Translations under genes and position numbers: made by a program | In this document: piece by piece, positions 1 to 17,578 of the stretch | How positions within the stretch are numbered: position 1 is the first letter of the stretch | How the letters are laid out: every line of letters begins with the position of its first letter | Assembly: GCA_937930135.1 (NCBI GenBank) | Contig: CALGVO010000186.1 | Location: 4,324 to 68,323 of the forward strand | Length of the DNA: 64,000 nt | Direction: 5' to 3' | DNA from: an uncultured Synechococcus sp. | GTDB lineage: Bacteria > Cyanobacteriota > Cyanobacteriia > PCC-6307 > Cyanobiaceae | The notes under the pieces: generated by a model | The model's input: only the letters and a program-made list of their open reading frames with translations | The model's database searches: none | Told to the model about the DNA's origin: nothing

Positions 1-132
1 CTGGAGCAGACGATCAACAACATCCCCGGCGTGCTCGAAAACGGCTTGTTTGTGGATCTGGCCGATGAGGTGCTGGTCGGTGAGGTCACCGATGGTGTGG
101 CCGGCGTCCGTCGGCTCGAGCGGCAAGGCTGA
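1..132 (+). CDS. rpiA: ribose-5-phosphate isomerase A, 3' end (partial)
   Basis: Frame 1 reads [27 protein letters not shown]...QG-stop; IPGVxEnGLF is the RpiA C-terminal motif. Confidence 0.85.
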   Translation: MEQTINNIPGVLENGLFVDLADEVLVGEVTDGVAGVRRLERQG

Positions 133-141
133 GGATCGGCT

Positions 142-1464
142 TCAGCCCAGGCGCCGCTGGACGGAATCGGCATGGCTGTGGAGGCCTTCACTGCGGGCGA
201 GTTCGATCACGGCACCGCCGGTCGCCTCCAGGGCAGCTTGGTTGAACGCAATGATCGAGGTGTGCCGCATGAAGGTCTCCACGCTCAGGGCACCACTGAA
301 CCGGGCGGTCCCGCAGGTCGGCAGGGTGTGGTTGGGGCCGGCCAGGTAATCCCCCACAGCTTCTGGTGACCAGGGGCCGATGAAGATCGCCCCGGCTGTC
401 TGGATGCGATCAGCCAGTGCTTCCGGGCGCTCCACCAGCAGTTCCAGGTGCTCCGGTGCGAACCGATCGCTGAGGCTTGCGCAGGTCTCGAGGGTGTCGC
501 AGACCACGGCCAGACCCCAGTCTGCGAGCGACTGACGACAGATCGCCGCCCGGGGGTGGTCAGTGAGTTGCCGCTCGAGTTCCGCCGGCAGGGCGGCCAC
601 CAGGTCAGCTTCTGTGGTGAGCAGGATGGCGGCGGCGAGGGGATCATGTTCCGCCTGCGCCAGGAGATCTGCGGCCACATGGTCGAGCCTGGCGGTGTGA
701 TCGGCAATGATCAGCACTTCGCTGGGGCCTGCGAGGGAATCGATTCCCACCTGGCCCACCACGGCTTTCTTGGCGAGGGTCACGTAGAGGTTGCCCGGCC
801 CGGTGATCACATCCACCCGGGGCAGGGTTTCGGTGCCGAAGGCCAGGGCGGCGATGGCCTGGGCGCCTCCCACCCGCACAACCTCATGCACGCCGGCGAG
901 GTGAGCCGCAGCAAGCACCACCGGATTGACCTCGCCGTTTCGGTTCGCCGGTGTCGCCATCACCAGCCGCTCCACGCCTGCCGTGCGGGCGGGAACGGCA
1001 TTCATCAACACCGTGCTGGGGTACGCGGCTCGCCCACCGGGCACATACAGTCCGGCCCGTTGCACCGGTCGCCAGCGTCGTCCCAGCCGCTCACCGTGCA
1101 CCCCTTCAAAGGCGAGGTCCTGGGGTTTCTGTCGGGCGTGAAAGTCCTGGATGCGGCGATGGGCCAGTTCGAGGGCGTCGCGCAGGTCGGCGGGCGTGGC
1201 CTCCCAGGCCTGCGCGAGTTCGGCCGCGTCCAGCCGCAGCGGTTCCGGCTTGAAGCCATCCAGTTGCTGAGTGAGTTCCACGAGGGCACGGTCACCATCG
1301 CGACGCACCCGCTCAAGGATGGAGTCCACGGTGGCCTGCGCGGCCTGTTGGGCCTCCCCTCCCGTGCGTGCCGCCAGGCGGTCCAACTCCGTGGCGGCTG
1401 CGCCAGCCTCGCTGAGGCAGCGCAGGGTGACCAGGGAGGGAGCCTGGCTGCTCGTTGGAGTCAT
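142..1464 (-). CDS. hisD: histidinol dehydrogenase
   Basis: GLYVPGGRAAYPSTVLM, GPGNLYV, AGPSEVLIIAD, QAEHD, APEHLEL and GDYLAGPNHTLPT motifs. Confidence 0.97.
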   Translation of the reverse strand: MTPTSSQAPSLVTLRCLSEAGAAATELDRLAARTGGEAQQAAQATVDSILERVRRDGDRALVELTQQLDGFKPEPLRLDAAELAQAWEATPADLRDALELAHRRIQDFHARQKPQDLAFEGVHGERLGRRWRPVQRAGLYVPGGRAAYPSTVLMNAVPARTAGVERLVMATPANRNGEVNPVVLAAAHLAGVHEVVRVGGAQAIAALAFGTETLPRVDVITGPGNLYVTLAKKAVVGQVGIDSLAGPSEVLIIADHTARLDHVAADLLAQAEHDPLAAAILLTTEADLVAALPAELERQLTDHPRAAICRQSLADWGLAVVCDTLETCASLSDRFAPEHLELLVERPEALADRIQTAGAIFIGPWSPEAVGDYLAGPNHTLPTCGTARFSGALSVETFMRHTSIIAFNQAALEATGGAVIELARSEGLHSHADSVQRRLG

Positions 1465-1539
1465 CGGCGCTGGACGCAGGGGAACGCAATCATTTCAAGC
1501 TAGAACCTGCCTCGTCTTGCCCGGTGGTGACGCCCATGA

Positions 1540-1896
<357 letters not shown>

Positions 1897-1969
1897 CCGG
1901 GACCAGCCTGTTCCCTCAACGCCGCATCGTTGTCGTCACAATGGGTTGGAAGGCGCGTTTCCGGTCCTT

Positions 1970-2755
1970 GTGACGACTCCCACCCTGATTGACAGTCACT
2001 GTCACATCGTTTTTCGGAATTTTGATCAGGACTTGGAAGAGGTTGCTCAGCGCTGGCGGGACGCTGGCGTGGTGTCGCTGTTGCACGCCTGTGTCGAACC
2101 CGGTGAGATCCCTGCGATTCGCGCTCTTGCGGATCGGTTTCCCGAGCTCCGCTATTCGGTTGGTGTCCACCCGCTTGACACGGAACATTGGACCGATGGC
2201 ACCGCAGCACTGCTTCGCCGTGCTGCTCTGGAGGATGCTCGGGTGGTGGCCATCGGTGAGCTCGGGCTTGACCTGTATCGGGAGACAAACCTCGAGCAAC
2301 AGCTCGCTGTTCTCAGGCCCCAGCTCGATCTGGCGGTGGAGCTGGATCGGCCGGTCATCATCCACTGCCGCGATGCCGCCGAGCCGATGCTGCGCGAACT
2401 GCGGGAACGCCGCGATCGTGCCGCTTGTCCCCGGGGGGTGATGCATTGCTGGGGCGGAACTCCCGAGGAGATGGAGGCCTTTCTCGAACTCGGTTTTGAC
2501 ATCAGCTTCAGTGGCACGGTCACCTTCCCCAAGGCAGAGGCCACCCATGCCTGTGCGCGTCAGGTGCCGGAGGATCGGTTTCTGGTGGAGACCGATTGCC
2601 CCTTCCTTGCGCCTGTGCCTCGGCGCGGCAAACGCAACGAGCCGGCCTTCGTTGCGTCAGTGGCGGCACGGGTGGCCGAACTCCGCGGTCAGTCTCTCGA
2701 GGAGGTGGCCAGGATCAGCACCGCCAATGCCCGCCGTCTGTTCGGCCTTCCCTGA
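1970..2755 (+). CDS. tatD: TatD family metal-dependent DNase/hydrolase
   Basis: LIDSHCH, GVHP, AIGELGLD, IIHCRDA, GVMHC, ETDCPFLAP, GKRNEP motifs; GTG 1970 chosen over TTG 1946. Confidence 0.92.
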   Translation: MTTPTLIDSHCHIVFRNFDQDLEEVAQRWRDAGVVSLLHACVEPGEIPAIRALADRFPELRYSVGVHPLDTEHWTDGTAALLRRAALEDARVVAIGELGLDLYRETNLEQQLAVLRPQLDLAVELDRPVIIHCRDAAEPMLRELRERRDRAACPRGVMHCWGGTPEEMEAFLELGFDISFSGTVTFPKAEATHACARQVPEDRFLVETDCPFLAPVPRRGKRNEPAFVASVAARVAELRGQSLEEVARISTANARRLFGLP

Positions 2756-2781
2756 CCTGGTTGGAAGGGTCCGCGGAAGTG

Positions 2782-2787
2782 TAAGAT
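2782..2787 (+). promoter_or_regulatory. putative -10 box of rpoB promoter
   Basis: TG-TAAGAT in a locally AT-rich patch about 235 nt upstream of the rpoB ATG. Confidence 0.4.
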
Positions 2788-3021
2788 GATTTATTGGCCT
2801 GGCCAAAGCGCGTTTTCTGTGCTGAGGCTCCCGAGGCGTTTATTCCCTTCCGGTGCATTGACGACGTCAGCCGTTCGCCCCCGAGATCTCTGAGACCCCT
2901 GCGTGCGGCAGTGTCTTCCCCACCAGGAAGCCTGCCGCCGCTTTGATGTCTCGGCGTGTCCTGGATCGTCCGGCTGCCCGTTCAGGCCTTCTGTTCCCTT
3001 TCACTCACTGCAGGTCTCCGC

Positions 3022-6000
3022 ATGAGCAGCAGCGCGATTCAGGTCGCCAAGACCGCCACCTACCTGCCCGATCTGGTGGAGGTGCAGCGGGCCAGCTTTA
3101 AGTGGTTCCTGGAAAAAGGTCTGATTGAGGAGCTGGAGAGTTTTTCTCCGATCACCGATTACACCGGCAAGCTCGAGCTTCATTTCGTCGGTAGCGAGTA
3201 CCGGCTCAAGCGTCCCCGTCACGATGTGGAGGAGGCGAAGCGACGCGATGCAACGTTCGCGTCTCAGATGTATGTGACCTGCCGTCTGGTCAACAAGGAG
3301 ACCGGGGAGATCAAGGAGCAGGAAGTGTTCATCGGCGAGCTGCCGCTGATGACCGAGCGGGGCACCTTCATCATCAATGGTGCTGAGCGCGTGATCGTGA
3401 ACCAGATCGTGCGGAGCCCCGGTGTTTATTTCAAGGATGAGCAGGATAAAAATGGTCGTCGCACCTACAACGCCAGTGTGATCCCCAACCGGGGTGCCTG
3501 GCTCAAATTCGAGACCGATAAAAACGATCTGCTGCATGTGCGCGTCGATAAAACGCGCAAGATCAATGCCCATGTGCTGATGCGTGCCATGGGGTTGTCC
3601 GACAATGATGTTGTCGACAAGCTGCGCCATCCCGAGTATTACCGGAAGTCGATCGAAGCGGCGAATGATGAGGGCATCAGTTCGGAAGATCAGGCCCTTC
3701 TTGAGCTCTACAAGAAATTGCGTCCGGGTGAGCCTCCATCGGTGAGTGGGGGACAACAGCTTCTCCAGACCCGCTTTTTTGACCCCAAGCGCTACGACCT
3801 TGGTCGGGTGGGTCGCTACAAGATCAATAAAAAGCTGCGCCTCACCATTCCCGACACGGTGCGCACCCTGACCCACGAGGATGTGCTCTCCACGCTCGAT
3901 TATCTGATCAACCTCGAGCTTGATGTGGGCGGCGCCAGTCTGGATGACATCGACCACCTGGGCAACCGCCGGGTGCGGTCGGTGGGTGAATTGCTCCAGA
4001 ACCAGGTGCGTGTCGGCCTGAATCGCCTGGAGCGGATCATCAAGGAGCGGATGACCGTGGGTGAAACCGATTCGCTCACTCCCGCCCAGCTCGTCAACCC
4101 CAAGCCCCTGGTGGCGGCGATCAAGGAGTTCTTCGGCTCCAGCCAGCTGAGCCAGTTCATGGACCAGACCAATCCCCTGGCCGAGCTCACCCACAAGCGC
4201 CGGATTTCAGCCCTAGGCCCAGGCGGTCTCACCCGCGAGCGCGCCGGTTTTGCGGTTCGGGATATCCATCCCTCCCACTACGGCCGCCTCTGCCCGATTG
4301 AGACGCCGGAAGGCCCCAATGCGGGATTGATTAATTCACTCGCCACCCATGCCCGAGTGAATGAGTACGGGTTCATCGAAACCCCGTTCTGGAAAGTCGA
4401 CAACGGTCGTGTACTCAAGCAGGGAGATCCCATCTATCTCTCTGCGGATCTGGAAGATGAGTGTCGGGTCGCTCCCGGTGACGTCGCCACGGACGCTGAT
4501 GGTCAGATCCTTGCCGATCTGATTCCCGTCCGTTATCGCCAGGACTTTGAAAAAGTGCCGCCGGAGCAGGTGGATTATGTGCAACTGTCGCCTGTTCAGG
4601 TGATTTCTGTGGCGACCTCCCTGATTCCTTTCCTCGAGCACGACGACGCCAACCGTGCCCTGATGGGGTCCAACATGCAGCGCCAGGCTGTGCCCCTGCT
4701 GCGTCCCGAGCGTCCACTGGTGGGCACCGGTCTTGAAACCCAGGTGGCACGTGACTCCGGCATGGTGCCGATTTCACGCGTCAACGGCACCGTCACCTTC
4801 GTGGATGCCACGGCCATCGTTGTGCGTGACGAGGAGGGTGTGGATCACACCCATTTCTTGCAGAAGTATCAGCGTTCCAACCAAGACACTTGCCTCAACC
4901 AGCGTCCGATTGTGCGGCAGGGTGACCCGGTGATCGTGGGTCAGGTGCTGGCTGATGGCTCCGCCTGTGAAGGTGGCGAAATCGCCCTGGGCCAAAACGT
5001 GCTGATCGCCTATATGCCTTGGGAGGGCTACAACTACGAGGACGCGATTCTGGTGAGTGAGCGTCTGGTCAATGAGGACCTCTACACCTCGGTTCATATC
5101 GAGAAGTATGAAATCGAGGCCCGGCAGACCAAGCTTGGACCTGAGGAGATCACCCGCGAGATTCCCAATGTTGCTGAGGAGAGCCTCGGCAATCTGGATG
5201 AAATGGGCATCATCCGCATCGGCGCTTTCGTCGAAAGTGGCGACATTCTGGTGGGCAAGGTGACGCCGAAAGGGGAGTCAGACCAGCCGCCGGAGGAGAA
5301 GTTGCTGCGTGCGATCTTCGGTGAAAAAGCTCGTGACGTCCGCGACAATTCGCTGCGTGTTCCCAGCACAGAACGGGGCCGTGTTGTTGATGTACGCATC
5401 TACACCCGTGAGCAGGGCGATGAACTGCCGCCAGGCGCCAACATGGTTGTTCGGGTCTATGTGGCGCAGCGCCGCAAGATCCAGGTGGGCGACAAGATGG
5501 CCGGACGCCACGGTAATAAGGGCATCATCAGCCGCATCCTTCCTCGGGAAGACATGCCATACCTGCCCGATGGCACCCCGGTGGACATTGTTCTCAATCC
5601 TCTCGGTGTACCGAGCCGCATGAATGTGGGTCAGGTCTTCGAGCTGTTGATGGGATGGGCCGCCTCCAACCTCGATTGCCGCGTCAAGGTGGTGCCCTTC
5701 GACGAGATGTATGGGGCTGAGAAGTCGCAGCAGACCGTGGAGGCCTTCTTGAAGGAGGCTGCGAGCCAGCCCGGTAAAGACTGGATCTACAACCCGGATG
5801 ATCCCGGCAAGCTACTGCTCCGTGACGGCCGCACCGGTGAACCCTTTGACCAGCCTGTTGCCGTGGGTTATTCCCACTTCCTCAAGCTGGTGCACCTGGT
5901 GGATGACAAGATCCACGCGCGCTCCACAGGCCCCTACTCCCTGGTCACCCAGCAGCCCCTCGGTGGTAAGGCCCAACAGGGTGGTCAGCGTCTGGGTGAG

Positions 6001-6315
6001 ATGGAGGTGTGGGCGCTCGAGGCCTACGGCGCCGCGTACACCCTGCAGGAACTGCTCACGGTGAAATCCGATGACATGCAGGGGCGCAACGAGGCGCTCA
6101 ACGCCATCGTCAAGGGCAAGCCGATCCCCCGTCCTGGTACCCCGGAATCCTTCAAGGTGCTGATGCGCGAACTTCAGTCCCTCGGTCTTGATATCGCGGT
6201 CTTCACCGATGAAGGCAAGGAAGTGGATCTGATGCAAGACGTGAATCCCCGTCGCAGCACCCCCAGTCGTCCCACCTACGAATCACTCGGGGTTGCGGAT
6301 TACGACGAAGACTGA
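3022..6315 (+). CDS. rpoB: RNA polymerase subunit beta
   Basis: [22 protein letters not shown] start; [12 protein letters not shown] and [19 protein letters not shown] motifs. Confidence 0.99.
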   Translation: MSSSAIQVAKTATYLPDLVEVQRASFKWFLEKGLIEELESFSPITDYTGKLELHFVGSEYRLKRPRHDVEEAKRRDATFASQMYVTCRLVNKETGEIKEQEVFIGELPLMTERGTFIINGAERVIVNQIVRSPGVYFKDEQDKNGRRTYNASVIPNRGAWLKFETDKNDLLHVRVDKTRKINAHVLMRAMGLSDNDVVDKLRHPEYYRKSIEAANDEGISSEDQALLELYKKLRPGEPPSVSGGQQLLQTRFFDPKRYDLGRVGRYKINKKLRLTIPDTVRTLTHEDVLSTLDYLINLELDVGGASLDDIDHLGNRRVRSVGELLQNQVRVGLNRLERIIKERMTVGETDSLTPAQLVNPKPLVAAIKEFFGSSQLSQFMDQTNPLAELTHKRRISALGPGGLTRERAGFAVRDIHPSHYGRLCPIETPEGPNAGLINSLATHARVNEYGFIETPFWKVDNGRVLKQGDPIYLSADLEDECRVAPGDVATDADGQILADLIPVRYRQDFEKVPPEQVDYVQLSPVQVISVATSLIPFLEHDDANRALMGSNMQRQAVPLLRPERPLVGTGLETQVARDSGMVPISRVNGTVTFVDATAIVVRDEEGVDHTHFLQKYQRSNQDTCLNQRPIVRQGDPVIVGQVLADGSACEGGEIALGQNVLIAYMPWEGYNYEDAILVSERLVNEDLYTSVHIEKYEIEARQTKLGPEEITREIPNVAEESLGNLDEMGIIRIGAFVESGDILVGKVTPKGESDQPPEEKLLRAIFGEKARDVRDNSLRVPSTERGRVVDVRIYTREQGDELPPGANMVVRVYVAQRRKIQVGDKMAGRHGNKGIISRILPREDMPYLPDGTPVDIVLNPLGVPSRMNVGQVFELLMGWAASNLDCRVKVVPFDEMYGAEKSQQTVEAFLKEAASQPGKDWIYNPDDPGKLLLRDGRTGEPFDQPVAVGYSHFLKLVHLVDDKIHARSTGPYSLVTQQPLGGKAQQGGQRLGEMEVWALEAYGAAYTLQELLTVKSDDMQGRNEALNAIVKGKPIPRPGTPESFKVLMRELQSLGLDIAVFTDEGKEVDLMQDVNPRRSTPSRPTYESLGVADYDED

Positions 6316-6364
6316 CGGATCCGATGTTCACACCGACAGACCGCTCCTTCTCCCTTAACCGCCC

Positions 6365-12413
<6,049 letters not shown>

Positions 12414-12478
12414 GCCGCTCTCCTGCGGAGCTCACAATCGAGCTCCTGCCCAATCCAGACTTACATCTGTGCCGCTGA

Positions 12479-13688
<1,210 letters not shown>

Positions 13689-13689
<1 letters not shown>

Positions 13690-15485
13690 TGGAGACTGCC
13701 GCCATCCGGCAGGGCTCCATGGCGGCGATTGATTGGCTGATCCTCGTTCTCTATCTGATGGGGACCCTGGTCCTCGGCCTCTGGCTGGCGCGGCGTAATC
13801 GTGGAGAGGACGACTATTTCGTGGCTGGCCGCAGTCTCAGTGGCTGGCTCGCTGGGGCCTCGATGGCGGCCACCACCTTCTCCATCGATACGCCTCTTTA
13901 TGTGGCTGGGCTTGTGGGCAGCCGTGGGCTTGCGGCCAACTGGGAGTGGTGGGGATTCGGTCTGGCCCATGTGGCGATGGCCGTGGTCTTCGCGCCGCTC
14001 TGGCGGCGCAGTGGTGTGCTCACCGACGCGGCCTTCACCGAGCTGCGCTATGGCGGCCCGGCAGCCGCCTGGCTGCGAGGGATCAAAGCGTTTCTGCTGG
14101 CGCTTCCGGTCAATTGCATTGGTATCGGTTATGCCTTTCTCGCGATGCGCAAGGTGGTGGAGGCGCTCGGGATTGTTTCGGGTCAGCCGCTTCCCGCTTT
14201 TGCGGGCTTCTCTGACACCGTGCTTCTGCTGGCGATTGTGGCCGCCCTCGTGCTCATCTACACCGCCGCCGGTGGACTCTGGGCTGTGGTGGTGACTGAT
14301 GTTGTGCAGCTTGTGCTGGCCCTGCTGGGAGCCCTGGCGGTGGCCTGGGCTGCCATCCATGCCGCCGGGGGGATGGATGCCCTCCTCAGCAGCCTCGATG
14401 CCCTCGGCCGTCCGGAACTGCTGTCGCTGCTGCCCTGGCGCTGGACGAATGGAGGCTTTGACTGGATCGGTGGCGCTGGCATCAGTGTGTCCACCTTCCT
14501 GGCCTATCTGACTGTGCAGTGGTGGAGCTTCCGCCGCAGTGACGGCGGCGGGGAGTTCATCCAGCGCATGCTGGCGACGAAGGACGAACAGCAGGCGCGC
14601 CTCGCCGGTTGGGTGTTCCTGGTGGTGAACTATCTCGTGCGCAGCTGGCTCTGGGTGTTGGTGGCGCTTGCCGGGCTGGTGCTGCTTCCGAATCAGGGCG
14701 ACTGGGAGCTCAGCTATCCAGCCTTGGCGGTTCAGTACCTTCCGCCGGTTGTGCTCGGGCTTGTTGTGGTGTCATTGGTGGCCGCCTTCATGAGCACGGT
14801 GAGCACCTCCGTGAACTGGGGGGCCAGCTATCTCACCCATGATCTTTACCAACGGTTTCTGAGACCAGGGGCCACCCAGCGCGAGCTGCTGTTGATTGGT
14901 CAGCTGATGAGTGTGCTGTTGGTGTTACTAGGGGTGATCACCGCTCTGATCAGCGACAGCATCGGCACGGTGTTCCGTTTGGTGATCGCCATCGGCACCG
15001 GGCCCGGCGTTGTGCTCGTGCTGCGCTGGTTCTGGTGGCGGATCAACGCCGCCGCTGAGCTGGCCGCCATGCTCTGCGGCTTCGGCATCGGCCTCAGCAC
15101 CTCGGTGGTTCCCGTCCTCCAGATCGCCGATTACGGCTTGCGTCTGATCATCACCACTACCCTGACCGCTGTGGTGTGGCTGGTGGTGATGCTGAGCACT
15201 CCACCGGAATCTGCGGCGGTGCTCGAGCGCTTCGTGCAGCAGGTGCAGCCCCCCGGGCCCGGCTGGCGCCGTTGGCGTCAGCCGGAATCCAGCGCAACAG
15301 CCGAGTCCCTGCCGGCACTCGTCTTGCGTTTCCTGTTGAGCAGTGCTGTGCTCTTTGGTGCCCTGCTTGGATCGGGTGCCTTTCTGCTCCATCAGCAGCT
15401 CAGCGGCTGGTTGGGTCTGATGGTCACGGTGATTAGCCTGACCCTGCTGCTGCGCACGGGCCGCCGCAGGCGCCTGATGGTCTGA
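13689..15485 (+). CDS. sodium:solute symporter (SSS) family protein
   Basis: DYFVAGRSL, GGLWAVVVTDVVQ, QRMLATK and AAFMSTVS motifs; many TM helices. Confidence 0.88.
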
Positions 15486-15497
15486 TCACCACTCAGA

Positions 15498-15644
15498 ATG
15501 GCCGAAAGCCTCCGTTCCGTGAGTTTCTTCCGCACCACCCTGTTGCCCGTGCTGATCGTGGCCCTCTTTGCCCTGGCCCTGGTCGCGGTGAGCGCCCGCA
15601 TCTGGCTCCCCGGAGACATGCTGGCTCCGGCCCCGATCGGCTGA
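15498..15644 (+). CDS. small single-TM membrane protein (48 aa; alternative GTG start 15519)
   Basis: MAESLRSVSFFRTTLLPVLIVALFALALVAVSARIWLPGDMLAPAPIG; GC-rich third positions; fills the gap between neighbours. Confidence 0.7.
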   Translation: MAESLRSVSFFRTTLLPVLIVALFALALVAVSARIWLPGDMLAPAPIG

Positions 15645-15660
15645 GATTACGATCAGCGCT

Positions 15661-16467
15661 ATGGCTGAGCGACGCACTGAAGATGCTGATGACGGGTTGG
15701 CCAACCTGTCGATTGATCCCGATGTGTTGGCTCGTGAGTTGGCGGCGGAGCTCCTTGGGGACCCCCTCGACGACATCGCTGTCGAGGACCTTGAGGATGA
15801 TGCGCTCCATAGCGCCCGAGAATGCGATGAAGGCCTGCTCTGGCTTGCGCAGGGGCATGAGCAGCGTCTTCAGGGTCTGAGGGTGTTCTGTGAACACCGG
15901 GATCCCCGGTCCGTTCCTCTGCTGTTGCCATTGCTGCGTGAGGCCTGTCCGGTGGTGCGCATGAGTGCCGTGTATGCCTTGGGGCGTAATCCCTCACCGC
16001 TGGCTGTGGCCTCACTGCTCCAGCTGTTGGAGGTCGACAGCAACGCCTATGTGCGCAAGGCCGCGGCCTGGAGCCTGGGGAACTACCCCGATGCTCCCGT
16101 CCTCAATCCCCTGATCCGATCCCTGCAGGTGGATGTGGCCTCGGTGCGTCTGTGGGCCTCCGTGTCCTTGGCGGAAGCGGGCATCACCTCACCGGCCAAG
16201 GCCGATTTGGCCGCAGGTCAGCTGCTCATCAGTCTGAGGATCGACAGTGAACCGGTGGTGCGCAGCAACTGCATCTGGGCGCTGGGTCGTCTGGTGGATC
16301 AGTTGGTGGAACCGCGTCGCGCTGATGTGGTGGAAGCCTTGGTGAATGCCCTGCTTCACGATCAGGAGACATCGGTGCGTGATGAGGCTCGGACGGCCCT
16401 GGAGCAACTCGAGAATCCCGACATCCTCGAACGGCTGCAGACTCTGGTGGACGAAGGGTTGCTCTGA
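15661..16467 (+). CDS. HEAT repeat (PBS lyase-like) protein
   Basis: Repeated VRxxAxxALG units (VRMSAVYALG, VRKAAAWSLG, VRSNCIWALG); acidic N-terminus. Confidence 0.85.
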   Translation: MAERRTEDADDGLANLSIDPDVLARELAAELLGDPLDDIAVEDLEDDALHSARECDEGLLWLAQGHEQRLQGLRVFCEHRDPRSVPLLLPLLREACPVVRMSAVYALGRNPSPLAVASLLQLLEVDSNAYVRKAAAWSLGNYPDAPVLNPLIRSLQVDVASVRLWASVSLAEAGITSPAKADLAAGQLLISLRIDSEPVVRSNCIWALGRLVDQLVEPRRADVVEALVNALLHDQETSVRDEARTALEQLENPDILERLQTLVDEGLL

Positions 16468-16571
16468 GCGGACCTGAGGAAGCCGGAAGGCGTCGAAGCC
16501 GGCTCCTGTCACAGCTGCGCGACAACCCCAGTTGAGTTTACCTAGCATCCTGTCTGCAGTGTTGATGGTGC

Positions 16572-16775
16572 ATGCCCCAGCGCACACTCCGATTCCGGAT
16601 CCATGCGGATGGTCGGGTCGAAGAGCGAGTCGAAGGAGTGGAGGGTGAGGCCTGCCTCGCTCTCACCGAACGCCTTGAAGCGGCACTTGGCTCGGTGGTG
16701 CGTCGTGAATCCACTCCTGAGGCCTACAACACCAACGCCCAACAGATCCAAACCGTCCCTGTCGAGCACGTCTGA
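16572..16775 (+). CDS. DUF2997 family protein
   Basis: IHADGRVEERVEGVEGEACLALTERLEAALG...TPEAY pattern. Confidence 0.8.
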   Translation: MPQRTLRFRIHADGRVEERVEGVEGEACLALTERLEAALGSVVRRESTPEAYNTNAQQIQTVPVEHV

Positions 16776-17167
16776 TGTCCCATTTCAGCACCGTCAGAAC
16801 CGAGCTCCGTCAGCGTGAACCGCTGATGGCTGCCCTGCGCGATCTGGGTTACGAGCCGGAATCCGGGTCTCGTCCTGTGCGCGGCTATCGCGGCCAGACC
16901 ATCGACGCGGACCTGGCCGTGACCCTGCAGGACGGCGGTGATCTCGGTTTCCGTTGGAATGCCGCGACTAGGGCCTATGAGTTGGTCACGGACCTCGACC
17001 TCTGGCGTCAGCCCGTGCCGGTGGAGCGCTTTCTTTCCCTGCTCACCCAGCGGTATGCCCTCAACACCGTGCTGACGGCCAGCACGGATGAGGGCTTCAC
17101 GGTGAGTGAACAGCGCAACTGCCAGGACGGTTCCATCGAGCTGGTCGTGACCCGTTGGGACGCCTGA
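16775..17167 (+). CDS. ycf35: Ycf35 / DUF1257 family protein
   Basis: MSHFSTVRTE...VRGYRGQ...DLGFRWN...YELVTDLDLW...LTQRYA...DGSIELVVTRW. Confidence 0.85.
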   Translation: MSHFSTVRTELRQREPLMAALRDLGYEPESGSRPVRGYRGQTIDADLAVTLQDGGDLGFRWNAATRAYELVTDLDLWRQPVPVERFLSLLTQRYALNTVLTASTDEGFTVSEQRNCQDGSIELVVTRWDA

Positions 17168-17182
17168 GCCCGCTTTTTTTCG

Positions 17183-17578
17183 GTGTCCCCTTCAATCGAT
17201 CCTTCGGCTGCCTATCGCGCCCCGGCCACTGTTCCTGAGTCCCGCAGCGGTCATGAGCCGCTGCTGGGAGGAGCTCTTCGGGAAAAAGCCGTTTGGGTGG
17301 ATGAAGCGGTGTGTATCGGCTGCCGTTATTGCGCCCACGTGGCTGGCAATACGTTCGTGATTGAACCGCGGCTCGGACGCTCCCGCGCGATCCGGCAGGA
17401 CGGCGACAGCACCGCGTGCATTCAGGAGGCGATCGACACCTGCCCGGTGGACTGCATTCATTGGGTCGCCTTTGAAGAGCTTGATGCGCTCAAGGCCCGC
17501 CTCGATGCCATGGAGCTGCTGCCGATGGGGCTCCCTTCGCCGGCGCGCCCGAAGCGTCAACGGCCTCGAGCTTCATGA
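17183..17578 (+). CDS. bacterial-type single-cluster 4Fe-4S ferredoxin (Fed7-like)
   Basis: VDEAVCIGCRYCAHVA...AIDTCPVDCIHW; adjacent to ycf35. Confidence 0.85.
   Translation: MSPSIDPSAAYRAPATVPESRSGHEPLLGGALREKAVWVDEAVCIGCRYCAHVAGNTFVIEPRLGRSRAIRQDGDSTACIQEAIDTCPVDCIHWVAFEELDALKARLDAMELLPMGLPSPARPKRQRPRAS

Noticed and set aside
2956-3021. N-terminal ORF-track extensions (rpoB; also rsmG, bioD, helicase, apcA, apcE, atpD, groES, ferredoxin 49132)
   Set aside because: Conserved N-termini start at downstream ATGs; the extensions overlap neighbours or regulatory sites such as CIRCE
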